Source: Thermoplasmata archaeon
GTDB taxonomy: Archaea > Thermoplasmatota > Thermoplasmata > Thermoplasmatales > GCA-001856825
NCBI GenBank assembly: GCA_021792255.1
Contig: JAJYUZ010000003.1
Span: 9,405-73,404, forward strand
Length of the DNA: 64,000 bases
Direction: 5' to 3'
Both the position numbers and the translations under genes were made by a program. The notes beneath the pieces were generated by a model. It saw only the letters and a program-made list of their open reading frames with translations. It did no database searches and was not told the origin of the DNA. This document shows positions 38,394 through 47,169 of this stretch, piece after piece (position 1 is the first letter of the stretch; every line of letters begins with the position of its first letter).

Positions 38394-39115
38394 ACCGTTT
38401 TGTGATCTCTCTTTGCAATTTTCTCTGACGCTTTTTTGAACCCGGATGAATACTGAGAGGCCCTCTTTTGTCTCCACGCCATCTCCCGCTCCAGTCCCAG
38501 TTTGCTTGCGATCGAACGCAATGAATACTTTCTTGTACCATCCGTGATGTTCTGGTGCCTCAGAATCTTCGATGATGCTTCTACAACCTTTTCGTGCAGG
38601 TAAGGGTAAACAAGCTCTTTGCCATAGGAACCAGCAATCTTTCTTTCTAAAGGTACGATGTGGCTCATAACCCTCTGGAAATCTTCTCTTGAGGTGTCTT
38701 TGGTCTCATACTTTTTATAACCCAGAAATAATTCATCAGCCCCCTGACCAGTAACAAGTACAGAATCGGTAGACTCTTTAGCGATGAAATACAGTGGCAG
38801 TTCGATTAGGAGCAGCAAAGAAGACGTCTCTCCGGTCAGTCGCTTGATGTTTCTGATCCCCTCTATTATCTCCTCTTCCTTTATTGAAAGAAACTCGAGC
38901 GGAAGTCCAAGGATTTCTGCTGCTTTGGGCGTCCATTCATGGTCGTGTGAACCGATTGTACCCGAACAGTAAAGGCGGACGCCCTTACCTTCTCTCTTCA
39001 ATAGGTAAGCAAGGAATGAGCTGTCGAGTCCTCCAGAAAATAGTACTCCGACCCGATCTGGAACATCTCGAATTGATTTCTCCAGTGCCTCTTCTAGCTC
39101 GTTTTCCCATTCCAT
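38369..39115 (-). CDS. asparagine-synthase-related PP-loop ATP pyrophosphatase (C-terminal domain only)
   Basis: PP-loop VGVLFSGGLDSS and the QGADELFLGY motif. No glutaminase domain. Confidence 0.6.
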   Translation of the reverse strand: MEWENELEEALEKSIRDVPDRVGVLFSGGLDSSFLAYLLKREGKGVRLYCSGTIGSHDHEWTPKAAEILGLPLEFLSIKEEEIIEGIRNIKRLTGETSSLLLLIELPLYFIAKESTDSVLVTGQGADELFLGYKKYETKDTSREDFQRVMSHIVPLERKIAGSYGKELVYPYLHEKVVEASSKILRHQNITDGTRKYSLRSIASKLGLEREMAWRQKRASQYSSGFKKASEKIAKRDHKTVHEFISEL

Positions 39116-40737
39116 GTGTTTTTTCCTAGATAGTCTGGAATTTCTTCAACCTTGATTCGGATCTGTTCCCTTGTGTCTCTGTGTCTTATCGTGACGTCTC
39201 CATTCTTGAGCGAATCGTAGTCTATAGTGATGCAGTAGAGAATACCAACCTCATCGTACCTCGAGTATCGTTTCCCAATCGATCCCGAGTCGTCGTACAA
39301 CACCGAGAACTTTCTCCTGAGAAGGCCCTCGAAAATGGAACTTGCCTTTGAGCCAAGTTCATCCTTATTCATTAGGGGCAAGATGACGGCATCGTAGGGA
39401 GAGACGGAATAAGGTATCTTCAACCAGACGTACCCAGAATCCTCCCTTGACAATAGGTTGTGGTCCAGAATTGTGTACATAATACGGTCAAAGCCGAATG
39501 CTGGTTCAATTACGGTTGGGATGAAATCTTCTCTATCCACTACCACCTTCTCTTCTTCTTCTACGGTGAATCTGGTCAGATCTATCTTATCCTTTCCAAT
39601 AATTAGATCCGACTTTCCTTCTTTAATGGCTTCGATTATCTTGGCGGAATTTTCGAGAGATTCTGATTTTATTTTCTGATAATCAATGACCCTCTTTTTT
39701 TGAATCTCTTCTTTCTTGGGAATCACCCGTTGAGCATACAGGTCCTTTCCAGAGGAATTTATGTGAGAGGACAGATCATAGGTCCCCCTGTGTGCGATCC
39801 CGGTTATTTCTACCCAACCAAGATCTGTTAACGCTTCTGCATCCCACGTGTCGGATGAGTAGTGACTTAGCTCTTCCTTCCTGTGCTGCCTGAACCTTAT
39901 TCTTGTCAAGTCTATTCCGACATCAGAGTAGAACTTGAGTGCCAGTCCCATGAAGTACGCCATAGGATGGCTCTTCACTATTCTCTTTTCATAGACTTCC
40001 TCCGGAGTTGCTTTTATCTCCTTTCCATCGTTCGCCAGGAATGTCACGCTGTGTGTGTTTTCTGGTTCGTGAATCCATTTCTCATTACGAGGGTCAAAAA
40101 AAGATTCACACTCCATCATGTTGAATTCCCTTAGCCTGTAAAGGGCCCTCCTTGGTGATATTTCGTTTCTGTAACCCCTTCCCACGGTTATGATTGCAAA
40201 CGGAAGCTTCTCCCTGAAGAATCTATAGTATTCTTTGAAGTTGATGAACATCCCCTGCGCTGTCTCAGGCCTCAGATATAGCGGTTCCAAGTCTTGGCCC
40301 TGTTCGACCGGAAACATCAATTTCTGTATTTTGACATCACCGAATTCTCCCTGACACTTTTCGCATCTAATTTTGAGCTCTTCCAGTTTGTTCTGAATCC
40401 ACTGTTTGTCCAGTATTGCAGTTACACCTTTCTTCTCGATAAGGTCGTCTGCCCTGTATTTTGAGTGGCACTTGGTGCACTCCACCAAAAAATCAAAGAA
40501 TCTGTCATAGTGACCCGATGCTTTGAGGACCTGGGGGTGTGTTATGGAAGTCCCATCGAATTCTGCGATGTTCCCCTCTCCTAGCATCGCCTCTTTCCAG
40601 ATTCTAACGACTTTGTCCTTTATTCTGGAACCGTATGGACCGTAATCGTATAGACCGGATATACCGCCGTATATCCCGAATCCTTGAAAATAAATTCCTC
40701 TTCTTCTAGCGACTTCTTCCTGATCCACACTCTTCAT
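39094..40737 (-). CDS. glyS: glycyl-tRNA synthetase (archaeal/eukaryotic class II type)
   Basis: RRGIYFQGFGIYGGISGLYDYGPYG, motif 2 LRPETAQGMF, and a C-terminal anticodon-binding domain. Confidence 0.9.
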   Translation of the reverse strand: MKSVDQEEVARRRGIYFQGFGIYGGISGLYDYGPYGSRIKDKVVRIWKEAMLGEGNIAEFDGTSITHPQVLKASGHYDRFFDFLVECTKCHSKYRADDLIEKKGVTAILDKQWIQNKLEELKIRCEKCQGEFGDVKIQKLMFPVEQGQDLEPLYLRPETAQGMFINFKEYYRFFREKLPFAIITVGRGYRNEISPRRALYRLREFNMMECESFFDPRNEKWIHEPENTHSVTFLANDGKEIKATPEEVYEKRIVKSHPMAYFMGLALKFYSDVGIDLTRIRFRQHRKEELSHYSSDTWDAEALTDLGWVEITGIAHRGTYDLSSHINSSGKDLYAQRVIPKKEEIQKKRVIDYQKIKSESLENSAKIIEAIKEGKSDLIIGKDKIDLTRFTVEEEEKVVVDREDFIPTVIEPAFGFDRIMYTILDHNLLSREDSGYVWLKIPYSVSPYDAVILPLMNKDELGSKASSIFEGLLRRKFSVLYDDSGSIGKRYSRYDEVGILYCITIDYDSLKNGDVTIRHRDTREQIRIKVEEIPDYLGKNTWNGKTS

Positions 40738-41579
40738 TTTATCAATGATGAGATCACGTCAAAGTCATAAACCATTCCGCTTAGTTCGTCATCAACGTCT
40801 CTAACGGGCAGTTGTGTAAATTTGTTCTTCTTCATGATCCTGGCTGCGTCGTATGCAGAAGCACCTTCGTATATTGAAATGGGACTCTTTACCATTATCT
40901 TCTCTACTTCCACATTAGGAATCTCAAGATCCCTTATCGTGTAATAGAATGTGTAGATGTCTCTGAGACTCTCCCAGCTCCATGCATCGTCGTCCTCGCC
41001 TATTCCCAGTTGGGTGGAAACAGTCTTTGAGTCGAGATTTGCCCCATTTAGAAGGTCTCTTTCCGTCACTAGACCGGTAAGATTCCCATTGTTGTCAAGT
41101 ACGGGGAATGCTGTGACGTGTGTGAGCCTGATTACCCTTTCTACCATCTTCGCGGTAGATTTTATGTGAAGGGGGATTGCGGTTCTGGTCAGCAGTTTGG
41201 TTATTGGAACTTCGACTTTTCTTGCTATGACCGCATCCAGAATATCGTATGGAGTAAGGACTCCGGTGACTTTCTTGTTGTCGACTACTGTCAAGTGTCT
41301 TCTTAGAATCTTGGTGAATATCGTGACAGCCTTCTCCAGAGAATCTTTAGAAGTAAGGGTCGGAACGTCCGTCCTCATGAGCAGTGAAAGCTCATCCTCC
41401 TTAGGATGTTCGAGGATATCTCTTCTCGAAACAATTCCAGCATAATTGGACTTGGGGTCCAACACGGGTACTGCCGCGACGTCTTTGCTGGCCATTATTT
41501 GCATCGCTTCGGAAACTGAAGCCGGTAGTTTCAGTGTGTACGGCTTCTTGGTCATGTATGTTTCAACGTTGAAATTCAT
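40734..41579 (-). CDS. CBS-domain protein (four CBS repeats)
   Basis: Repeated CBS pattern (MTKKPYTL...AVPVLD..., VTAFPVLDNNGNLTGLVTERDLL, FTQLPVRDVDDELSGMV). Confidence 0.8.
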   Translation of the reverse strand: MNFNVETYMTKKPYTLKLPASVSEAMQIMASKDVAAVPVLDPKSNYAGIVSRRDILEHPKEDELSLLMRTDVPTLTSKDSLEKAVTIFTKILRRHLTVVDNKKVTGVLTPYDILDAVIARKVEVPITKLLTRTAIPLHIKSTAKMVERVIRLTHVTAFPVLDNNGNLTGLVTERDLLNGANLDSKTVSTQLGIGEDDDAWSWESLRDIYTFYYTIRDLEIPNVEVEKIMVKSPISIYEGASAYDAARIMKKNKFTQLPVRDVDDELSGMVYDFDVISSLIK

Positions 41580-41811
41580 TCACGTTCCCTCTAGAGTTTC
41601 GTGTTGTAAGGGGTTTTGGTTACTTTAATTTTATTGTCTGATGACTATTCAATCATCTTCATCTCATTTAAGGGGCGACCAAGGGCAAACCTTCACTTTC
41701 AGCGAAATAAGGCCCCTCGTTTCGAACTCGCCAGGTAATTGATAGATCTTTAGAGAAAAACGAGACAATTTTGAGCTAAACCTGAATATGTGTCTCAACT
41801 TGGCGTTAAGG

Positions 41812-41819
41812 ATTTATAA
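41812..41819 (+). promoter_or_regulatory. candidate TATA box for tRNA-Glu
   Basis: ATTTATAA is centred about 28 nt upstream of tRNA position 1 (41844). Confidence 0.4.
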
Positions 41820-41843
41820 GAAGCTAGGTTATCGTTCGTTCAA

Positions 41844-41918
41844 GCTCCGGTGGTGTAGTCCGGCCAAGCATATCGGCCTTTCGAGCCGACGACTCGGGTC
41901 CAAATCCCGGCCGGAGCA
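41844..41918 (+). tRNA. tRNA-Glu (anticodon UUC)
   Basis: Cloverleaf folded by hand. Acceptor GCTCCGG/CCGGAGC, anticodon arm TCGGC-CTTTCGA-GCCGA, T arm TCGGG-TCCAAAT-CCCGG, discriminator A. No encoded CCA. The T-loop reads TCC rather than TTC. Confidence 0.85.
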
Positions 41919-42046
41919 TTCTTCATTGACTTTCGATCTGTTTCGTGGTATGAGAGTTGATTCATTCGCTACAAATGAAGTAGCCATCGCAATAAGTAGG
42001 TGTATTGTTACAAAATTCATTAATACTTCTTTTGCAATTGAAAGAC

Positions 42047-42325
42047 ATGAGTTTCCCGGGTGACTTCAGAGAAGCACTGGAGAGGGCACTTGAGAATGAA
42101 GAACAAAATTCCATAGGATACTGTTTCATTTCTTTAGACTCTGGAGATTGTTACTACAATATGCTGTGGGCATTCAATAATACTGCCTTTTCTACATTCA
42201 AAAAGCACTTTAACCGAGTGTATACGCCCGAGGAATTTAATGAGCTTAGCTATATAGTAAATGAAAGAATTGAGAAGTTCCTCGAGAAATTCCCTAGGTT
42301 TAGAGTGGGAGACCCTAGATTATAG
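42047..42325 (+). CDS. hypothetical protein (92 aa from ATG 42047)
   Basis: The ORF downstream of tRNA-Glu. The listed 42005 start is less likely than the ATG at 42047. No motif recognised. Confidence 0.4.
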   Translation: MSFPGDFREALERALENEEQNSIGYCFISLDSGDCYYNMLWAFNNTAFSTFKKHFNRVYTPEEFNELSYIVNERIEKFLEKFPRFRVGDPRL

Positions 42326-42434
42326 TAAGTTGCCGCCACTGGCTATGCCTTTCAGATTGATTCAAAAATACAAGTGAAGATGCGTTGTCCAATCTTGGGA
42401 GGAAGTATTTAATAGGACTTGCAAATCGAACGCT

Positions 42435-43004
42435 GTGATTTTGAGTTATTTCTACCTATCTCTCATCGGTTACGTTCTGGGACTTTCACTTGCCGTTCCA
42501 CCGGGTCCAGTCAACGCAATAATCATGAACGAATCCTCAAAATCGATGTTCCACGGAACCAGCGTAGGAGCAGGAGCAATGACGGCCGATCTTGCTTTCT
42601 TGATAGCACTCTATTTTGGAAGGGTCATCATTCCTGTCTGGGCTTTCAAGTATCTCTACATTTTTGGAGCGGCGGTCATGGTTTACCTATCCATATCGGT
42701 TATTAGATCAAAGATGCCATCGAAGACTCCTAAGGGAAATTACTTCGTTGGGCTGTCCATGGGGCTCACTAACCCATTTCAGATTATCTGGTGGGTGACT
42801 GTTGGTCTGTTTCTTATCGAAAGAATGACCATTCTTTCAGTTGTAGGATTCTTTTTTGGAATATTGACTTGGATACTTGCTTTCCCATACGCCATGAACA
42901 AGATAGGCAGTAGATATTCACCACTGTTGAAAGTCTTCTCGTTCCTGATTCTCATCATATTTGCTGCGGTGATGTTGACCTACGGGATTGGTTCATTTTT
43001 TTGA
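42435..43004 (+). CDS. LysE/RhtB-family amino-acid exporter
   Basis: 189 aa with about 6 TM helices. The N-terminal motif LSLAVPPGPVNAIIM is typical of LysE-type translocators. Confidence 0.7.
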   Translation: MILSYFYLSLIGYVLGLSLAVPPGPVNAIIMNESSKSMFHGTSVGAGAMTADLAFLIALYFGRVIIPVWAFKYLYIFGAAVMVYLSISVIRSKMPSKTPKGNYFVGLSMGLTNPFQIIWWVTVGLFLIERMTILSVVGFFFGILTWILAFPYAMNKIGSRYSPLLKVFSFLILIIFAAVMLTYGIGSFF

Positions 43005-43167
43005 AAGTGTTATGCATGAAAGGCAGTCTCTAACGACTTAAATGGCGTTGCGATTATAATATCAATTTCTTTAATCTCTACGTCTTGAGTTCTCCTTGTC
43101 GTTTCCGTTCCAGTCTAATTTTAGCTTAAAGGTTTAATATTTCATAGTTAATACTCTTCTGATATAA

Positions 43168-43773
43168 ATGCCAGGAACCGAACAACAGAAAGACTGGTTT
43201 TCTAAGCTTGACGAGCAACTCACCAAGAAAGAAAAGGAAGTATTGAAAGACAGTTCACTCACAACGGGTAAAAAATCAGAATTCAACAAGAAAATCCTTA
43301 CCGATTTATGGAAAACTTGGGTCAGATTCAACAAGCAAAATATCCATTTCACCATCGATCCTCCTCCGAATAAATGGCTCGAATTTACGAGTTATCCGGA
43401 GAAATTCCAGCTGAGCAACGACTTCTTTTTCGAGAACGTCAGTAACATCACCTTCAAGGATACAGCAGCCGAGGTGGAGAGGGTAGGAGACTCTCTGAAG
43501 ATACTATACAAGAGGGAAGAAAACGAAACAGTTTCAGCGCTGTTTGAGTTCTCGGAAGGGGAAAAGTACGATAGATACACGGGATGGCATCGATATTTCA
43601 CTCAGTATGTCCTTTACGAGTCCCCCATGAAGGGGGCCAAGATCGAAGAGCTTGAGGAAGTACTTCTTAGCATAATGACCAAATGGTACGAGAGCCAGCT
43701 CAGGAGAAACAGGGAACTGATAATAGAAGAGATAAAAGGTAACTACAAGAAGGGTGAAACATTTATTGAGTGA
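43168..43773 (+). CDS. hypothetical protein
   Basis: 201-aa charged, soluble ORF. Its 3' end overlaps the alaX start by 20 nt. Confidence 0.5.
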   Translation: MPGTEQQKDWFSKLDEQLTKKEKEVLKDSSLTTGKKSEFNKKILTDLWKTWVRFNKQNIHFTIDPPPNKWLEFTSYPEKFQLSNDFFFENVSNITFKDTAAEVERVGDSLKILYKREENETVSALFEFSEGEKYDRYTGWHRYFTQYVLYESPMKGAKIEELEEVLLSIMTKWYESQLRRNRELIIEEIKGNYKKGETFIE

Positions 43774-44443
43774 TGGAGGGCAGTTAATCTACCTCCAGGG
43801 CATAGAAAGTTCCTACATCAAAGAGATAGACGTCAAGGTTCTTGGATATGAAAGCGGAGGCTACATTCTGGACAAGACCATTATGCATTACCAGGGAGGA
43901 GGTCAACCGGGGGATAGGGGGATGCTCGTGTCTGGTGATTTGAACATTCCAATCTACAACGTCAAAAAGAAAGGGAAGAACGTGCTGCACCTCTCCACAC
44001 TAGAAACACAAATTGACAAGGGCAAACTTGTCCTAGACTGGGAGAGGAGATACAAGATTATGAAAATGCACACGCTGCAGCACGCAATTTCTGCAGTCAT
44101 TTTCAGGGACGGATACGGCTCGCTGATAACGGAAGTTTTTCCAGGGTACGGATTCATCGAAAGCAATTCTTCAGATATCAAGATAAGAAAAGATGGCTAC
44201 AAAATCAATGAAATGAATAAGAGCTTGAAACGATACTCGGTGAGTCGAGAAAATCTTGATCCGAAACTGATGGCACGATGCAACCTTGACAAACTCCCGA
44301 AATCGGTCAACGAGGTGTCAGTTGTGGAAATAGAGGGTCTGGATTCGTGCGCTTGCGCAGGAACACACTTAAAGAACACTTCAGAGATAGGAAACTACTG
44401 GGTGCGGACCCCGGGGAAGAGGGTCGAGTTTGGACTATTCTGA
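43754..44443 (+). CDS. alaX: AlaX-type alanyl-tRNA editing protein (ThrRS/AlaRS second additional domain)
   Basis: Zinc motifs HxxxH (MHTLQHAISAV) and CxxxH (CACAGTHLKNTSEIG). Confidence 0.8.
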   Translation: MKHLLSDGGQLIYLQGIESSYIKEIDVKVLGYESGGYILDKTIMHYQGGGQPGDRGMLVSGDLNIPIYNVKKKGKNVLHLSTLETQIDKGKLVLDWERRYKIMKMHTLQHAISAVIFRDGYGSLITEVFPGYGFIESNSSDIKIRKDGYKINEMNKSLKRYSVSRENLDPKLMARCNLDKLPKSVNEVSVVEIEGLDSCACAGTHLKNTSEIGNYWVRTPGKRVEFGLF

Positions 44444-44450
44444 GCTGCCC

Positions 44451-45146
44451 TCACTGAAACAGTTCTGATTTTGCTAGTATCTCAATTCCGTTAGATCCTA
44501 TGCTATATGGTCGGGCCTTTCTGTCGTGATTCGTCAGGCGCATCTTCAGAACTCTGATAATGCTTGTTGTTGACCCGAGGTTATCGTCGTACTTGTTTTG
44601 CAGTGAAATCACGCCGTCAGAAACGAATTCAGCGAGTCCTTCTCTGCTTGAATAAGGGAACGAGACGCTCGATTCTGCCAGGAGCATTGAGGTCACTTTG
44701 AGGTCTCTTAGAGCGTTTGAGAGATTGATAATCACATTTCGCTTGAGCACGTCGTTTTCAGCCACCATCAGAATCAGGGAGATGCTGTCTATCACTATTC
44801 TCTTTGGCCCGAGAGATTCGAGACTCGACTTAAAATTCTCTTCCGTCTTAAGCATCTCAACAAACTCGACCGTGTCCGGATTGAGGAGGAATAGGTTCTT
44901 GTCGAGATAAGGGGTAAAATCTCTGTTGTAGGACTTTGATGCCAGAATTACACTCTCCTTTCTCTCTTCTAGCGTAAAATAGACCACTTTCTCGCCTTTG
45001 ACCGCACCTTTGTGAGCAAAATGTATACCCATAGTCGTCTTTCCAGCCCCGTAGCTCCCGAGCACCAGAGTGGAACTCCCCTCGGGAATCCCTCCTCCAA
45101 GCATCGTGTTCAGTCCATCCACACCTGTGTCCACGTTTTCCATCAT
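44451..45146 (-). CDS. KaiC/RecA-superfamily ATPase (single domain)
   Basis: GGIPEGSSTLVLGSYGAGKTTMGIHF (Walker A intact) and Walker B RIVIDSIS. 231 aa. Confidence 0.8.
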   Translation of the reverse strand: MMENVDTGVDGLNTMLGGGIPEGSSTLVLGSYGAGKTTMGIHFAHKGAVKGEKVVYFTLEERKESVILASKSYNRDFTPYLDKNLFLLNPDTVEFVEMLKTEENFKSSLESLGPKRIVIDSISLILMVAENDVLKRNVIINLSNALRDLKVTSMLLAESSVSFPYSSREGLAEFVSDGVISLQNKYDDNLGSTTSIIRVLKMRLTNHDRKARPYSIGSNGIEILAKSELFQ

Positions 45147-45943
45147 TTCACCTTGGTTGTGTTTAGTACAATCATTCCTGTCTTGTAATCAAATTCGGTA
45201 TCGAATCTCTCAATCTTTTCTCTTTCTATAAGAGGCAGGACACCTGTGAATCTTGGAATAGTAACGTACCTCTTTCTCTTGCTGGACTTGTCGGTCGTAT
45301 TCCATTCGAAAATTAGTGTACCGTCGAAAATCTCCATCATAATGTTCTCAGCCCTTCTTTCAATTATGTTAGAGGTCATCAGCACGTATACTATGGAATT
45401 CCACATCTTGCTCGCTCTAGAGATTCCTCTCGATATGTCGAACATCGTCTTTTCATCGAGATATTTGCTGGTGACAAGGTCCGTAAAAGAGTCTATAATG
45501 ATCAGCTTGTTCTTCCCGGCCTTTTCAATTTCCTTTATGAACGACGAAACCAAATTTTCCCTATCCCTTATAGTACCCCCGCCGATCCAGGAAGTTGGAA
45601 TTTGAGTCTGTGAATAGTAGAGCCGTGAGAAATCGAGGATAGCAATTCTCTTCCTCAGACTCGAAGCTAGTCCCTCCTCCAATGATAGGGTCAGTATCCT
45701 CATTATTTCATTTGCTGGTTTCGAAAAAGAAACGTAGAGAATTCCATCCGGAAACTCTATTTTGAAGTTCTCCAGTTCCCTTGGGATCTTTCCGTCAAGT
45801 GCTCTCGCTAAATTTACGGCAGATGTCAGGGAAAATTCGAAGTTTCCCGCCCCCGGCTCTCCAAGCAGCAAGACAGAACTCCCTTCGGGTATACCACCCT
45901 TCATGATGTTGTCAAGAGACGGAACAAATGTTGGAACTTTCAT
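45143..45943 (-). CDS. KaiC/RecA-like protein with degenerate Walker A (predicted pseudo-ATPase)
   Basis: GGIPEGSSVLLLGEPGAGNFEFS, where the Walker A Lys-Thr is replaced by Asn-Phe (AAC codon at 45844..45842). The Walker-B-like LIIIDSFT is retained. ATGA overlaps on both sides. Confidence 0.75.
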   Translation of the reverse strand: MKVPTFVPSLDNIMKGGIPEGSSVLLLGEPGAGNFEFSLTSAVNLARALDGKIPRELENFKIEFPDGILYVSFSKPANEIMRILTLSLEEGLASSLRKRIAILDFSRLYYSQTQIPTSWIGGGTIRDRENLVSSFIKEIEKAGKNKLIIIDSFTDLVTSKYLDEKTMFDISRGISRASKMWNSIVYVLMTSNIIERRAENIMMEIFDGTLIFEWNTTDKSSKRKRYVTIPRFTGVLPLIEREKIERFDTEFDYKTGMIVLNTTKVK

Positions 45944-46878
45944 TGAGATGCGCCCGCATCTGCGATCGCTTTTTTGACTGCTTCAGTGCTGTCAAGTTCG
46001 TATCTCCAGCCATTTCTGAAAGCTTTTGTGATATCGAGTCCCATGAACTTTATGTCTCCGTTCCATCCAGCTCCCCCAGGTCCACCAAGAAAGTTTATCT
46101 TGGCTCCGGGAGAATAACTGGATACTGTAAGTTCGGCGATCTGGGTCACCGATGTCCTTCCTCTGGTACCGAGGTTGAAAAGTCCATCTTCTTTCCCGTG
46201 TAGCTCGACTATACCTTTGACGCAGTCGTCAACGTAGATGTAAGACTTAGTCTGGGTCCCATCGCCCAGTACGTCTAGCACCGATCTATTCTTGGCCAAC
46301 TTCTGGATGAAATCGTGGATTGCACCGTGCGTTCCCTTTCTGCCAACGACATTTGCGAACCTGAATATCGAAGATTTAAACCCATAGTTGCTAGAAAAGC
46401 TGAAGATGAATGCTTCTGCAGCGAGTTTTGACGCGCCATAGTGGGAGATCGGTTTCAGGGGTCCATAGATCTCTGGAGTGGGTATCACTTCCGCATTCCC
46501 GTACACTGCACTTGTTGAGGAAAATACTAACTCTTTGACGTCCTTCGACCGCATCGCCTCAAGGACCGAGTGAGTGGCCTGAACGTTCTCTCTGAAGTCT
46601 ATCTTGGAATCGTCAAATCCCTTTCTCACATCAGCATTTGCACTCAAGTGGAACACGACATCTACCCCCTCCATTTCTCTTTTAAGCAATTCCGTTTCCT
46701 TCACGTCGATCTTACTGAATGAGAAGCTCGAAGAAGATTGAAAATCTTTGATGTTTTTCATAATACCATTTGAGAGGTTGTCCACCCCAACCACGTGATT
46801 ATCTTTCAATAGGTATTCGACGAGATTTGATCCGATAAATCCTGCGGCCCCCGTCACGAGTATCTTTTTGTTCTTCAC
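45940..46878 (-). CDS. NAD-dependent nucleotide-sugar epimerase/dehydratase (SDR family)
   Basis: The Rossmann motif TGAAGFIGSNL and catalytic YGASK. 312 aa. GTG start. Confidence 0.8.
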   Translation of the reverse strand: MKNKKILVTGAAGFIGSNLVEYLLKDNHVVGVDNLSNGIMKNIKDFQSSSSFSFSKIDVKETELLKREMEGVDVVFHLSANADVRKGFDDSKIDFRENVQATHSVLEAMRSKDVKELVFSSTSAVYGNAEVIPTPEIYGPLKPISHYGASKLAAEAFIFSFSSNYGFKSSIFRFANVVGRKGTHGAIHDFIQKLAKNRSVLDVLGDGTQTKSYIYVDDCVKGIVELHGKEDGLFNLGTRGRTSVTQIAELTVSSYSPGAKINFLGGPGGAGWNGDIKFMGLDITKAFRNGWRYELDSTEAVKKAIADAGASQ

Positions 46879-47066
46879 CGTTGCACAATCATTGCAGAGT
46901 CTAAATATTTTCGATAGTCTATCAGGGTCAGATTTACGCTGATCTTGTTCTGTTCTTTAGCGGAAAAGGAAACACTCATTGCCGATATGCAACGGTTGTC
47001 GGTCACGAAGATGATGAAAGCAGGTTCAGAGAAGTAGTCAGAAAAGAACATCTCGTCTTGAGACAC
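46875..47066 (-). CDS. small ORF (63 aa), possible operon leader gene
   Basis: GTG-initiated. Its TGA overlaps the epimerase GTG (GTGA). No motif recognised, so it is weak. Confidence 0.25.
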   Translation of the reverse strand: MSQDEMFFSDYFSEPAFIIFVTDNRCISAMSVSFSAKEQNKISVNLTLIDYRKYLDSAMIVQR

Positions 47067-47169
47067 TCAGTTGGACGATACTGAGATTATTCTCATCCAT
47101 CGACCAAGTGAGTGAATCGATGATACGCTCCAGTGACGGTGAAATCATCGTGGGAAGTCTTTTTTTCAA

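Noticed and set aside
41672-41727. AGGGGC...GCCCCT inverted repeat in the spacer upstream of tRNA-Glu
   Set aside because: It is only a 6-bp stem with a ~37-nt loop. There is no flanking T-run or any other supporting feature, so it is too weak to call a terminator or ncRNA.
41788-42063. ORFs on both strands spanning tRNA-Glu (and likewise 49741..50094 over tRNA-His and 58809..59030 over tRNA-Ala)
   Set aside because: They run through hand-folded canonical tRNA genes and are artefacts of ORF calling.
47067-47169. CGATGAT...ATCATCG hairpin followed by a T7 run, between acs and the epimerase operon
   Set aside because: The T-run is on the plus strand, while both flanking genes are transcribed on the minus strand. 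It therefore cannot act as their intrinsic terminator, and no plus-strand transcript is evident.
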